Source: Dehalococcoidia bacterium (GTDB lineage Bacteria > Chloroflexota > Dehalococcoidia > SHYD01). Taken from it: 64,000 nt of DNA. The position numbers were made by a program, and so were the translations under genes. Where the stretch lies: assembly GCA_965226775.1 (NCBI GenBank), contig CBDDEI010000002.1, positions 269,638 through 333,637 on the forward strand, given 5' to 3'. Of the stretch, positions 25,043-34,358 are shown piece after piece. How positions within the stretch are numbered: the first letter of the stretch is position 1; every line of letters begins with the position of its first letter. The notes beneath the pieces were generated by a model, which was not told the DNA's origin, made no database searches, and saw nothing but the letters and a program-made list of their open reading frames with translations.

Positions 25043-27334
25043 ATGGCCTCGTTAATAATGACTAACGCTATGTTGTTTCAAGAGAGGCTTGCAAGCGCAG
25101 ACGCTGATGTTCCCTCAGTTAACAGCGCTCGAGACGGAAACGGGATTTCGCGAACGAAGCTCATGGACGCATGGAGCATCATTCTCGAAAAGGATTACTG
25201 GCCCGTCTTTCACATGGCCCAAGCTATTGCTGAGAGCTTGTCAGACATTGAGGGGCCTGCCGTGTTATCAATGTGCGCTCTGACTTCTGAACGTTTACTG
25301 AGCACTGGCGCGGTGGGAAGGCACGACCTTGCTGGACGAATATTCAATAGGCTGATATCCGACCGTAAACTGCTCGCAGCATTCTATACAACAATCCCAG
25401 CCGCTACATTACTGGCTGGGCTCGCACTCTCACCAAAACGGTGGTCAACAATTAACTGGAGTGACGCCGAAGCAATAAATGACTTGCGGGTCGTTGACCC
25501 GGCCTGTGGCACAGGCACCTTGCTGATGGCAGCCTATCGTCAAATTGTCGATAACGTTCGTGCAGCTTCATATGGGAAGCTTGACGAATTGAACCTTCAC
25601 AAATCTTTGATTGAGAATGTCCTGCATGGCGCTGATGTTGTCCAAGCAGCAATCCATCTGACTGCTTCAACGCTGGCAGCTATGTCGCCTTCCGTCCGCT
25701 TCAGCCAAATAAATCTCCACACGCTAAAAATTGGGATTGACCCAGACCTGCAAAGCATCAACCTGGGATCTTTGGATTGGCTTGAAGCAGGGGAGATACA
25801 ATCCTTTTTCTCTGCCACAGGTGAGCAGGTTGCAGCAGCCAAGGGAATTACAGGAGCTCTCGTTGAAAGACCACGAGCAAACGTAGTGATTAGTAATCCA
25901 CCATATACCCGCCGTGGTAGCGATGGGAGTGCTTCCGAAGAAATTTCTAGAGTTTTTGCACTCCCTATAGGTGACCCAGATTCCCAGGATCGTATAGCAA
26001 AGCGCACTGCTCAACTGATTCATGGCACAGGAGCTAGTCAAATAGCTGGGCACGCCTCCTCTTTTACCGTCTTGGCAGATAGGCTTGTTGTTCCAGGCGG
26101 CCGGATAGCCCTGGTACTCCCTGTGACCGCTATTGCAGGAGAATCTTGGTCTAGCATTAGAAAACTTATCTCCTCTCGTTACGAAGTGGAATTTGTGGTT
26201 TCATCACACGATGCGTCCTCTCCCGGTATGTCCTTCGATACAGGAATCGCTGAGATTCTGCTTGTAGCCCGTCGACATAATCAAGCGGAGATACCAACTA
26301 ATCGCGGCTTATTCGTCAACATATCACGTGCTCCTACGCAGGTCACTGAAGCACTCGCATTATTAAATGCCCTTGAAGCGTCCGCTCAGGGATCGGTTCA
26401 TCGGTCCGATGGGCCACCAGTTGGTGGTACACCGTTGATCGTTGGCGGCGAGCAATGGGGCGAAATAGTCAATGGGCCACTGGGTTCTGACTCCTGGACA
26501 GCAGCACGTTGGAGGAGAGCTTTAGTAGAGCAGTTTGCTTCAGCGTTGGAACGTGGAGAACTATGGTCAGCTGAAGGCACTCGGCTCTTAGAACGTATTC
26601 CTGTTGCACCTCTTCATGAAGTTGCCGTTATTGGGCCGCAAGATCGTCAGATTCGCGGCTCTCTTGGAGCTTTTGACGCTTATCCAGGTTGGGACTCACA
26701 GGCCCAGTTCCCCGCCATTTGGCGACAACAAGAATCAATTCATAGAACATTACAAACTGAGCCTAACGCACGATTGGTTCCGCAAACAGGTCGAGCTTAT
26801 GCCAAACTTTGGGAACAGGCAGGCACACTTCACATTACTCGTGACGTTAGGTATAACTCACAACGGGTCGCTACCGTCCGAACGGCAAGGCGCGTTCTAG
26901 GCGTTCGTGCCTGGCACTCATTAAATGTCCGTGGTGAACCTGAAGCAACAAAGGCTCATCGTGAGATGGCTCTGGCGCTATGGTGTAACTCTACGCTGGG
27001 ACTCCTACTCCACAGCAATCACGCTAACCGAGCTCAGGCTGGGCGTGGAACCGGGAGCAAGGGAATGCTTGAGTCCTTACAGACTTTAGACGTTCGCATA
27101 CTCGCCCCTTGGCAGCTTGATGCGGCGGAAAGTATTTGGCGAGACATGGAAAACCGCGAATTTCAATCGTTCCATAGCTGCGCGATAGATCCCGCTCGTA
27201 TCGAACTAGACAATCGCGTACTCCATGATTTATTAGGTTTTGGGCTAGAGAGTGAGACGACAGTCCAACGTTTGCGTCTCGCACTTGCAGAGGAGCCCTC
27301 AATCCATGGTTCTAAAGTGCCCCGTTTACCATGA
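25043..27334 (+). CDS. N6-adenine DNA methyltransferase (Eco57I/type IIG-like) with C-terminal target-recognition region
   Basis: SAM motif I VVDPACGTGTLLMAAY. Catalytic motif IV VISNPPYT. About 430 aa of non-MTase C-terminal sequence. Low GC. No separate HsdS/HsdR nearby. Confidence 0.7.
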   Translation: MASLIMTNAMLFQERLASADADVPSVNSARDGNGISRTKLMDAWSIILEKDYWPVFHMAQAIAESLSDIEGPAVLSMCALTSERLLSTGAVGRHDLAGRIFNRLISDRKLLAAFYTTIPAATLLAGLALSPKRWSTINWSDAEAINDLRVVDPACGTGTLLMAAYRQIVDNVRAASYGKLDELNLHKSLIENVLHGADVVQAAIHLTASTLAAMSPSVRFSQINLHTLKIGIDPDLQSINLGSLDWLEAGEIQSFFSATGEQVAAAKGITGALVERPRANVVISNPPYTRRGSDGSASEEISRVFALPIGDPDSQDRIAKRTAQLIHGTGASQIAGHASSFTVLADRLVVPGGRIALVLPVTAIAGESWSSIRKLISSRYEVEFVVSSHDASSPGMSFDTGIAEILLVARRHNQAEIPTNRGLFVNISRAPTQVTEALALLNALEASAQGSVHRSDGPPVGGTPLIVGGEQWGEIVNGPLGSDSWTAARWRRALVEQFASALERGELWSAEGTRLLERIPVAPLHEVAVIGPQDRQIRGSLGAFDAYPGWDSQAQFPAIWRQQESIHRTLQTEPNARLVPQTGRAYAKLWEQAGTLHITRDVRYNSQRVATVRTARRVLGVRAWHSLNVRGEPEATKAHREMALALWCNSTLGLLLHSNHANRAQAGRGTGSKGMLESLQTLDVRILAPWQLDAAESIWRDMENREFQSFHSCAIDPARIELDNRVLHDLLGFGLESETTVQRLRLALAEEPSIHGSKVPRLP

Positions 27335-27543
27335 CGCAACCACCGCTGCCTTACACCCTTGACTCCCTGCGAGCTTTCTACGCCGGCCTCGGCCTGGCCC
27401 CGGAGGACGGGGATCTTGCCGCCGCGCTTGCGGCCATCAACGCGCTGCTGCAGAATGCCGCCAGCCTGGACGAGATAACGCCGCTGGAAGAAGACCCCGG
27501 TGCGGCGTTCCTTCCCTGGGCCGCGGACGCTCCCGAGCCCTAA
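27331..27543 (+). CDS. small GatC/AtzG-like (DUF4089-like) partner protein of the downstream amidase
   Basis: 70 aa, high GC. Its start overlaps the upstream stop (ATGA). It ends 4 nt before the amidase start. Size and position match small amidase-partner proteins. Confidence 0.4.
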   Translation: MTQPPLPYTLDSLRAFYAGLGLAPEDGDLAAALAAINALLQNAASLDEITPLEEDPGAAFLPWAADAPEP

Positions 27544-27547
27544 GCCT

Positions 27548-28966
27548 ATGCCTACCGAACTCTGGCAGCGCTCCATCGCAGATGCCGCCGACGCCATCCG
27601 TAGCGGGGAGGTCTCTCCCCTTCAGCTCACTGAGAGCTACCTGGAGCGCATCCAGCGCGTGGACGGCCGCTATCATGCCTACATCACCGTCATGGCAGAC
27701 CAGGCCCGCGCCGCCGCCCAACAAGCAGAGGCAGAGCTTGCCAGCGGCCACTACCGCGGCCCCTTGCATGGCATCCCAGTTGCGGCAAAGGACCTCATCT
27801 ACACCAAGGACGCGCCCACCTCTGCGGGCTCCACTATCTTCCGTGAGCACCGTCCCAGCTTTGACGCTACCATCATTCAACGGTTGCAGGACGCGGGGGC
27901 AATCCTCCTGGGCAAGACCAACCTCCACGAGTTCGCCTACGGCACCACCGGCGTTAACATCACCTACGGCACACCGGAGAACCCTTGGGGCGCGGGACGC
28001 CTTCCCGGCGGCTCCAGCAGCGGCTCCGCGGTGGCCCTGGCCGCGGGCCTCTGCGCGGGGGCTATCGGCAGCGACACCGGCGGCTCTATCCGCATACCCG
28101 CCAGCCTCTGCAGCGTGGTAGGCATTAAGCCCACCTACGGCCGGGTGAGCCGCTACGGCGTCTTTCCCCTCGCTTGGTCGCTAGACACACTCGGCCCTAT
28201 GGCCCGCACGGTGGAGGATGCGGCGTTGCTCTTGAACGTCCTCGCCGGCCACGATCCTCTCGACCCTATGTCTGTAAATACCCCCGTGCCCGACTACCGC
28301 CGCGGCCTCCAGAACGGCGTGCGGGGCTTGCGTATTGGCGTACCCCGTGACTATTTCTTTAGCCGCATCGACCCCGAGGTCCGCGCCGCTGTGGATGAAG
28401 CCATCGCCACGCTAGAGGGCCTTGGCGCGCGGGTCACGGAGGTATCGCTCCCCCACCTCGACCACCTCACGCCTATCTATAGCCCCCTCATCCAGAGCGA
28501 GACCGCGGCCTTCCACCTGCCGCTGCTGCGGAAGCACTGGAACAGCTACTCTCCGCAGGTGCGGAGCCGCCTGCTGCCTGGGCTGGCCATCCCCGCCTCG
28601 GTCTATCTCAAGAGCCAGCGGGCCAAAAACGTCGCGCTGCGGGAGTACCGCGCGCTCATGCAGCAGGTTGACCTGCTGGTGACCCCCACGGAGCCGGTGG
28701 CCGCCCCGCGCGTGGACGCCACAGCAGTAGAATGGGAGGACGGCCCGGAGGAGATTATCCCTGCGCTGGGACGTTTCGCCCGGCCCTTCAACCTGCTGGG
28801 CGTGCCCGCTTGCTCGCTGCCCTGCGGCTTCACCCGCGAGGGGTTGCCCATCGGCCTGCAGCTTGCCGGACGCGCCTGGGACGAGGCGACAGTGTTGCGC
28901 GCCGCCTACACCTACGAGCAGGCGACGGAGTGGCACGAGAGAACACCTGAAATCAAGGAGCATTGA
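27548..28966 (+). CDS. amidase-signature family amidase (GatA/AtzE-like)
   Basis: Amidase signature GGSSSGSAVALAAGLCAGAIGSDTGGSIRIPASLCSVVGIKPTYGRVS. Start set at MPTELWQ... rather than the overlapping upstream Met. Confidence 0.85.
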   Translation: MPTELWQRSIADAADAIRSGEVSPLQLTESYLERIQRVDGRYHAYITVMADQARAAAQQAEAELASGHYRGPLHGIPVAAKDLIYTKDAPTSAGSTIFREHRPSFDATIIQRLQDAGAILLGKTNLHEFAYGTTGVNITYGTPENPWGAGRLPGGSSSGSAVALAAGLCAGAIGSDTGGSIRIPASLCSVVGIKPTYGRVSRYGVFPLAWSLDTLGPMARTVEDAALLLNVLAGHDPLDPMSVNTPVPDYRRGLQNGVRGLRIGVPRDYFFSRIDPEVRAAVDEAIATLEGLGARVTEVSLPHLDHLTPIYSPLIQSETAAFHLPLLRKHWNSYSPQVRSRLLPGLAIPASVYLKSQRAKNVALREYRALMQQVDLLVTPTEPVAAPRVDATAVEWEDGPEEIIPALGRFARPFNLLGVPACSLPCGFTREGLPIGLQLAGRAWDEATVLRAAYTYEQATEWHERTPEIKEH

Positions 28967-29469
28967 GCGTGGTTAGACCCAACCGGTACGAAGAGCTACT
29001 GCCCGCCGCGGCGCGGCAGCGCGCGGTGCGCCTCAAGAACGGCGAAGCCGCCTGGGACAAGCGAGACATGGACCAGATTGTCGGCGTGCTGGCCCACGCC
29101 AAGCTGGCCATCGTAAGCATGGAAGTATGGGCCGTCAGCGAGGACTCCGCCCTGGGGCGCATCCCCTTCCGCAACCCTGCCAACCCTATGGAGACCATCG
29201 AGCCGCTAGGACCCGCCGCGGATGGCCGACTGGTCTGGGGCGAGCTACCCACCCGCGACGGCCAGGAGACGGTGTTCCGCATGGGCGGTCACGATCACCC
29301 CGACCCCGGCGAGTCCTGGGAGGAGTTCGTCCTGGCCAAGGCCGACCTCGCCCGCACCATCGTCACCGAAGTCGACAAACGCGTCGTCCCCGCCGTCCGA
29401 GACAAGCTCTACTTTGAGCTCACAGCGGAGGAGAGCGAATCCAACGAAAGTACAACGAGCACTATATGA
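28963..29469 (+). CDS. hypothetical protein (TTG start, 168 aa)
   Basis: The ORF overlaps the amidase stop. High GC until the last ~10 codons, which enter a low-GC island. Confidence 0.45.
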   Translation: MSVVRPNRYEELLPAAARQRAVRLKNGEAAWDKRDMDQIVGVLAHAKLAIVSMEVWAVSEDSALGRIPFRNPANPMETIEPLGPAADGRLVWGELPTRDGQETVFRMGGHDHPDPGESWEEFVLAKADLARTIVTEVDKRVVPAVRDKLYFELTAEESESNESTTSTI

Positions 29470-29524
29470 ACGGGGTTATCATACATTGCCACAGCTAGAA
29501 GGAATAAAATATGATAATGATGCT

Positions 29525-29914
29525 ATGGAGAGAATAATTCTGCCAGACGATTTGCCGGACGTGCCAGCCAACCTGGTCTATTCCGCTGCAAAACTACCAC
29601 TCGTTGCTTGTGAAGCACGATTCAGCCCAATACTAAAGATTGCTGAAGTTCCTCCTAGTGATTATCAAGAAAGGATCCGTCATGTTTTCTCAGAGCTAGC
29701 TGAGGTTCAAGGACTGGAAGCTATTGCAAAGGAAGGTCTACCAGCACTAGAGATTACAGATCTAGGTAGGTCATGGGCTTTCAGCACAGCCAACGAAACA
29801 GTTACAGCTCACCTTAAAGCCGGAGCTTTATCACTACAGACTACGAAAAATGACCAAAGTACTCTCACTATCCAGAATTCAAAGACCGTTGGAACCTTGC
29901 TTACCAAGCATTGA
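29525..29914 (+). CDS. hypothetical protein, gene 1 of low-GC four-gene cassette (start uncertain; alternative TTG 29486)
   Basis: Coherent frame ...MERIILPDDLPDVPANLVYSAAKLPLVACEARFSPILKIAEVPPSDYQERIRHVFSELAEV.... No recognisable domain. Confidence 0.4.
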   Translation: MERIILPDDLPDVPANLVYSAAKLPLVACEARFSPILKIAEVPPSDYQERIRHVFSELAEVQGLEAIAKEGLPALEITDLGRSWAFSTANETVTAHLKAGALSLQTTKNDQSTLTIQNSKTVGTLLTKH

Positions 29915-30288
29915 TAGACACGTATAAAATACCCATCGTAAAACGTTTAGGGCTTAGGTATGTGAACCAATTCGAACCACCGGGTTCTGGCAATTGGAGT
30001 GATTTTATCAATCCAGTACTATCCAGCGAAGTACAAGTCTTTGGAGAACAAGTTGTCCGTGCTTCAACACTTCTGACCTTACATGTTGATAAGTATCTGG
30101 TAAATGTCCGTCACGGCATAGGGAACGATAAGAAGTATGATCTAGATTTTGACATGTTCTCAGACGCAGATACAAATGTGGATAGCGTGCCCGCGTTAAT
30201 CGATCATTTTCACAACGTGATTACTAGGCTTTTTAGATGGTCTATCACTGAACAGATGCATGCAGTATTGGAGCCAAAGCATGAATAA
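29911..30288 (+). CDS. hypothetical protein, gene 2 of cassette (TTG start overlapping upstream stop)
   Basis: 125 aa. (M)IDTYKIPIVKRLGLRYVNQFEPPGSGNW.... The TTGA overlap, or else a frameshifted continuation of gene 1. Confidence 0.4.
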   Translation: MIDTYKIPIVKRLGLRYVNQFEPPGSGNWSDFINPVLSSEVQVFGEQVVRASTLLTLHVDKYLVNVRHGIGNDKKYDLDFDMFSDADTNVDSVPALIDHFHNVITRLFRWSITEQMHAVLEPKHE

Positions 30289-30658
30289 CTATCAGCCAGC
30301 TGAACTATTGAAAGAGCCTGATTCTAGGTATGCGAAAAGGACCTTTGCAGAATGGGCTGACTTCGATGGCGGAACCGCGATCTATGTGAGAGGGGAGCGA
30401 CTAACTGTATCTTTAGACAATCCAAATGCGACTCCAATTGAAGAGATCCGCCCAGTTACTCAGAAAGTTAGCATGGAGACGTTGAAGCTCCGCCTTATTG
30501 CCTTCCGTCTCATTGAGAACGTACCCTCTGAAATCTTGCCAGAGGTTGTAAATGAACTGCGTGAGTCAATTGAATACGAACAGCGCATGTTAGAAGAACG
30601 TTCGAGGCAAGTGCGCTACATTGCTTCTGAAACGAAGATGCTGCCAATCTTGAGCTAG
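30281..30658 (+). CDS. hypothetical protein, gene 3 of cassette
   Basis: MNNYQPAELLKEPDSRYAKRTFAEWADFDGGTAIYVRGERL.... Its start overlaps the upstream stop by 8 nt. Confidence 0.4.
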   Translation: MNNYQPAELLKEPDSRYAKRTFAEWADFDGGTAIYVRGERLTVSLDNPNATPIEEIRPVTQKVSMETLKLRLIAFRLIENVPSEILPEVVNELRESIEYEQRMLEERSRQVRYIASETKMLPILS

Positions 30659-30666
30659 CATCGGCA

Positions 30667-31254
30667 GTGTCCCCCCATCTTCTCCCGCCACATACTGGCC
30701 CTCTACGTCAGGGGGAGATCCTATCAGATTTTCCGGTGCCGTTGGTTCAATATACAGACGCTGCTTCAGAAGAGCCTGGAAAAGTTGGCGTAAGATTTTG
30801 CACCTATCCCTGGATAATTGTCCTAACTCAAGAATGTGATTTAGATCTAGATTACAAGGCGCGGAATCAAATAGCCGCTGTAGAGAACTCTCCCCCAGTT
30901 TCCAAAGACAAACTCCTTCTTGGCACTCTTCTTTGCGCGGGCTATCCACTTGACGCGGTTACAGCTGGAACGTATCGCGAAGGTGCCGGCAAAATGAAGA
31001 GAGAACATGCCGCCATGCTGGCACAGCACAGAATGGAACGGTTTGGTTTCGTAGATGCTTACGCAGGTCTGCTAGAGACACCAATAGTCTTTGACTTCAA
31101 ACTGCACGTTACAGTCCCCCTTGAATATATTTACGCCACTCTTGAAGACAGCAGTAATATGCGAACCTTTTGCCTAAATATGCCTTGGCGGGAACAAATG
31201 TCATCGCGCTTTTTGTTCTATTTAAATCGCGTGGCCCTGCCAGAAGTAGACTAG
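30667..31254 (+). CDS. hypothetical protein, gene 4 of cassette
   Basis: 195 aa. ...LRQGEILSDFPVPLVQYTDAASEEPGKVGVRFCTYPWIIVLTQECDLDLDYKARN.... No recognisable domain. Confidence 0.45.
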   Translation: MSPHLLPPHTGPLRQGEILSDFPVPLVQYTDAASEEPGKVGVRFCTYPWIIVLTQECDLDLDYKARNQIAAVENSPPVSKDKLLLGTLLCAGYPLDAVTAGTYREGAGKMKREHAAMLAQHRMERFGFVDAYAGLLETPIVFDFKLHVTVPLEYIYATLEDSSNMRTFCLNMPWREQMSSRFLFYLNRVALPEVD

Positions 31255-31297
31255 CCTAGTCTCCAATCCTATTGCTATAGCTACCGTTCCATCCCCG

Positions 31298-31330
31298 CGT
31301 TCCTCACGCCGCGCCAGGCTGGCTAGTGCT
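31298..31330. repeat. 33-nt direct repeat, copy 1 (31/33 identical to 34045-34077)
   Basis: CGTTCCTCACGCCGCGCCAGGCTGGCTAGTGCT. Confidence 0.6.
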
Positions 31331-31459
31331 AGCTGAAGCGGACTGAGTCTGTGATGCTTTAGCCCTCTCCAGAGGCGAATCATCTTCGGCGACAGGCCAA
31401 TGCTACCCATCCAAATCTAGGTTGACCCCTTATCCCTTCTCACCTAGACTGAATCCTGT

Positions 31460-31535
31460 GGGGCTATAGCTCAACTGGGAGAGCGCAGCGTTCGCAATGC
31501 TGAGGTTAGGGGTTCGAGCCCCCTTAGCTCCACCA
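31460..31535 (+). tRNA. tRNA-Ala (CGC)
   Basis: GGGGCTATAGCTCAACTGGGAGAGCGCAGCGTTCGCAATGCTGAGGTTAGGGGTTCGAGCCCCCTTAGCTCCACCA. G3:U70 identity pair, anticodon loop TTCGCAA, encoded CCA. Confidence 0.85.
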
Positions 31536-31664
31536 ATTCAGCCGGATACTGCCTCGCTGCCATCAGCGGACTCGTTTAGTGGCTTGCCAGACAATCTGAC
31601 CGTACCTCGCCTGGGGACACAGGACGAGCCTTGTCACACTGAGTCTTAGCACAGGGAGCACGGG

Positions 31665-32429
31665 ATGACAGAACACCATCATGACCATGACTGGAAGTCC
31701 CAGGAGTACGTCGACCACTGGATCGGGCAAGACGTCACCCGCGACGAGGACAGGCAACAGCACCTGCGACGGATGGCTGCGCTACTTCCGTATGGGCCTG
31801 ACGCGGAGATACGCGTGCTCGATGTTGGTGCCGGCTATGGAGCCGCAAGCCGGGCGGTACTGGAGACGTTCCCCAAAGCACACGTGCTCCTCCACGACTT
31901 CTCGGCTCCCATGCTGCAGCACGCACGACAACGCCTCGGAAGCTACGAGAACCGGATCTCCCAAGCAATGGCCGACCTCACAGACCCGGCGTGGGTGCAA
32001 GCCATTGGCGAGCCGGTAGATGGTGTGGTCTCCGCCATCGCCATCCACAACCTTCGCAACCCCGAGGCCGTCGCCCGTGTTTATGCCGACATTTTCACGA
32101 TCGTGAAGCCAGGGGGCGCATTCCTCAACTGGGAGCTCGTATGGCCGGGCGATGCAGCCGGGGCGGCGAATGTACGGGCGGGGCTGGTGATGGAGCAATG
32201 GCGCAGGTTCGAAGAGGCCGGTGTCCAGCCATCCTTCGAAGCGTTGATCACTGAGCAAGCAGACCAAGGGGCCTCACGGCCCAGCGGACAGAGGGGCCAG
32301 AGGACGCGCGCTACGCTGGTAGACCACCTCAACTGGCTCCGCACCGCTGGATTCGACGAGGTTGAGTGCTTCTGGCGCGACGGCAGTCATGCCTTAATCG
32401 GCGGCTACCGCCGGAGTGCAACGTCTTAA
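31665..32429 (+). CDS. class I SAM-dependent methyltransferase
   Basis: VLDVGAGYGAASRAVLETFPKAHVLLHDFS (motif I), followed by motif II/III-like DGVVSAIAIHNL and KPGGAFL. Confidence 0.8.
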   Translation: MTEHHHDHDWKSQEYVDHWIGQDVTRDEDRQQHLRRMAALLPYGPDAEIRVLDVGAGYGAASRAVLETFPKAHVLLHDFSAPMLQHARQRLGSYENRISQAMADLTDPAWVQAIGEPVDGVVSAIAIHNLRNPEAVARVYADIFTIVKPGGAFLNWELVWPGDAAGAANVRAGLVMEQWRRFEEAGVQPSFEALITEQADQGASRPSGQRGQRTRATLVDHLNWLRTAGFDEVECFWRDGSHALIGGYRRSATS

Positions 32430-32694
32430 AGACTAGTCAACAAACAGTCTCCCTACACCCCAGCAGATCAACGTCCCTCCCGGTGTCGCGGGCCGCGCGA
32501 ATCCCTGCCAGCCCGCCCCGACAGCCGCCTGAGGCCCGTTCTTCACCAGCCTATTGAAGTGAACGCCATGGCCGGCAAGACGCCCAAGAGTCAACGAAGG
32601 CATCAATGGAGACCGTCCCCGAGAATGCAGGCAGGAAGCCGGTGCTCCTTTCAGGTGGCAACCCTCAGATTCCAAAGTTGAAAAGTTGTTCTAC

Positions 32695-33954
32695 ATGAAT
32701 AGCAAGGTTCTCAAATGGCGTTTCGTCTTAGCTGTGGGAGCGCTCGTGCTCCTCGCGGCGGTTGCTGGCTGCGTCGGCGGCGCATCGCAGGCGCAGGACG
32801 ATGTGGGGCCGCTGCGGCTTGGGGTGCTGCTGAACTTCAGCGAGGGCGCGCCGGCCAAGGCCAAGGACCGCCAACGGGCCTTTGACCTAGCGGTGAAGCA
32901 CGTCAACCAGGGCGGCGGCGTGTTTGGGCGGCCCGTAGAGGTGGTGGTGGGAGACTCGACGCTGGACCCGGCGAAGGCGGTGGAGGCGGCGCGGCGTATG
33001 GTTGAAGTGGAGGGCGTTCACGCAATCGTCGGCCCCAGCTCCAGCGCCAACTCGCTGATGGTGGTGAAACAGGTGACCGGCCCAGCGAGGATCCCCATCG
33101 TCAGCCCCTCGGCAACCTCACCAATGCTCACGGCCGTGGAGGACAACGACTTCTTCTTCCGCACCACCCTCTCAGACAGCGCCCAGGGGCCCGTGCTGGC
33201 GCAAGTGACGCGGGAGCAGGGGTACGACAACGTGGGGCTGGTCTATCGCGACGACGCTTGGGGGCAGGGCCTCTTCAAGGCCTTCCAAGCCGCGTGGACG
33301 GGGCAATTGCTGGCCGTGGCGGTTGAACCAGGGCAGGACACCTACCTCCCCCAACTCCGGGAAACGGCGAAAGGGGGAGCGCAAGCCCTGGTGGTGATCA
33401 CCTTTGAAACCGAGGCTGCGCAGATTCTTCGGGAAGCCCTCGAGCACGGATTGTACAACCAGTTCACCTTCGGCGACGCGCTGAAGAGTCCCGACCTGGC
33501 CATGGCCGTCGGCGGTGGGCGCCTGGCGGGGATGCGCGGCACGGCGGGGGCCGGGGCGGGTGGCCTAGCGACTCCGGCGGCGACGGCATGGGAAGCAGCC
33601 TTTTTGGCGGAGTACGGGAGCCTCCCAACCTTCTCCTACGTGCAGGAGACGTACGACGCCACGATTGCCCTGGCGCTGGCAGCCCAAGCGGCGGGCAGCG
33701 TGAACGGCGCGGCCATCCGCGACCAACTTCGCCGCGTTGGCGGAGGGCCCGGCGAGGCGACGCTACCGGGCCAGCAGGGGGTTGCCGATGCGCTGCGCGT
33801 CCTGTCGGAGGGCGGCGAGGTGGACTACGAGGGCGCCGCCAGCAGCTTGGACTGGGACGACAACGGCGACCTGCGCCAGGGCCACATCGGGATCTGGCGC
33901 TTCACAGAAGACGACCAGATTGAAGAACTAGGAGTGACCCCCTTCTCGCAGTAG
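32695..33954 (+). CDS. ABC transporter substrate-binding lipoprotein, LivK/Peripla_BP_6 family
   Basis: Lipobox LLAAVAGC. ...RLGVLLNFSEGAPAKAKDRQRAFDLAVKHVNQGGGVFGRPVEVVVGDSTLDPAKAVEAARRMVEVEGVHAIVGPSSSANS.... An alternative start is at 32686. Confidence 0.8.
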   Translation: MNSKVLKWRFVLAVGALVLLAAVAGCVGGASQAQDDVGPLRLGVLLNFSEGAPAKAKDRQRAFDLAVKHVNQGGGVFGRPVEVVVGDSTLDPAKAVEAARRMVEVEGVHAIVGPSSSANSLMVVKQVTGPARIPIVSPSATSPMLTAVEDNDFFFRTTLSDSAQGPVLAQVTREQGYDNVGLVYRDDAWGQGLFKAFQAAWTGQLLAVAVEPGQDTYLPQLRETAKGGAQALVVITFETEAAQILREALEHGLYNQFTFGDALKSPDLAMAVGGGRLAGMRGTAGAGAGGLATPAATAWEAAFLAEYGSLPTFSYVQETYDATIALALAAQAAGSVNGAAIRDQLRRVGGGPGEATLPGQQGVADALRVLSEGGEVDYEGAASSLDWDDNGDLRQGHIGIWRFTEDDQIEELGVTPFSQ

Positions 33955-34044
33955 CGCCGCTCGCCTTGTCATTCTGAGCACAGCGAAGAATCCACTCCAC
34001 CGGCGCTCACACCTCAATAATCGGTGCTCCCCCAGCACACCCCA

Positions 34045-34077
34045 CGCTCCTCACGCCGCGCCAGGCTGTCTAGTGCT
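34045..34077. repeat. 33-nt direct repeat, copy 2
   Basis: CGCTCCTCACGCCGCGCCAGGCTGTCTAGTGCT, about 90 nt after the SBP stop. Confidence 0.6.
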
Positions 34078-34358
34078 TATTGTCCGTATGGGTGGGAAAT
34101 GCGGGGTTCCATGATCTTCATTAGTGGTGAGGCCGTTAACCAACTAGTCGGTACGGCTGATTGGCTTTTCGTGATGGCTGACGTGATTATGACCATGGCG
34201 AGCATATTGATCTTCGTGTTGGTACGGCAGATAACATCAAATCAAGAAAAAAGCACAACAGTTTACAGAACCCATGCCAACGGCTAGCATCACTAGCACA
34301 GACCAGCCCTAGCTATTGGTCGATATACAATATGCGGAGATATACCTAGGAGGTTACT

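Noticed and set aside
31222-31410. ORF 31222..31410(-) and ORF 34024..34287(+) covering the 33-nt direct repeats
   Set aside because: They are short, lack an RBS, and exist only because the repeat is stop-free. They are treated as non-coding junction sequence.
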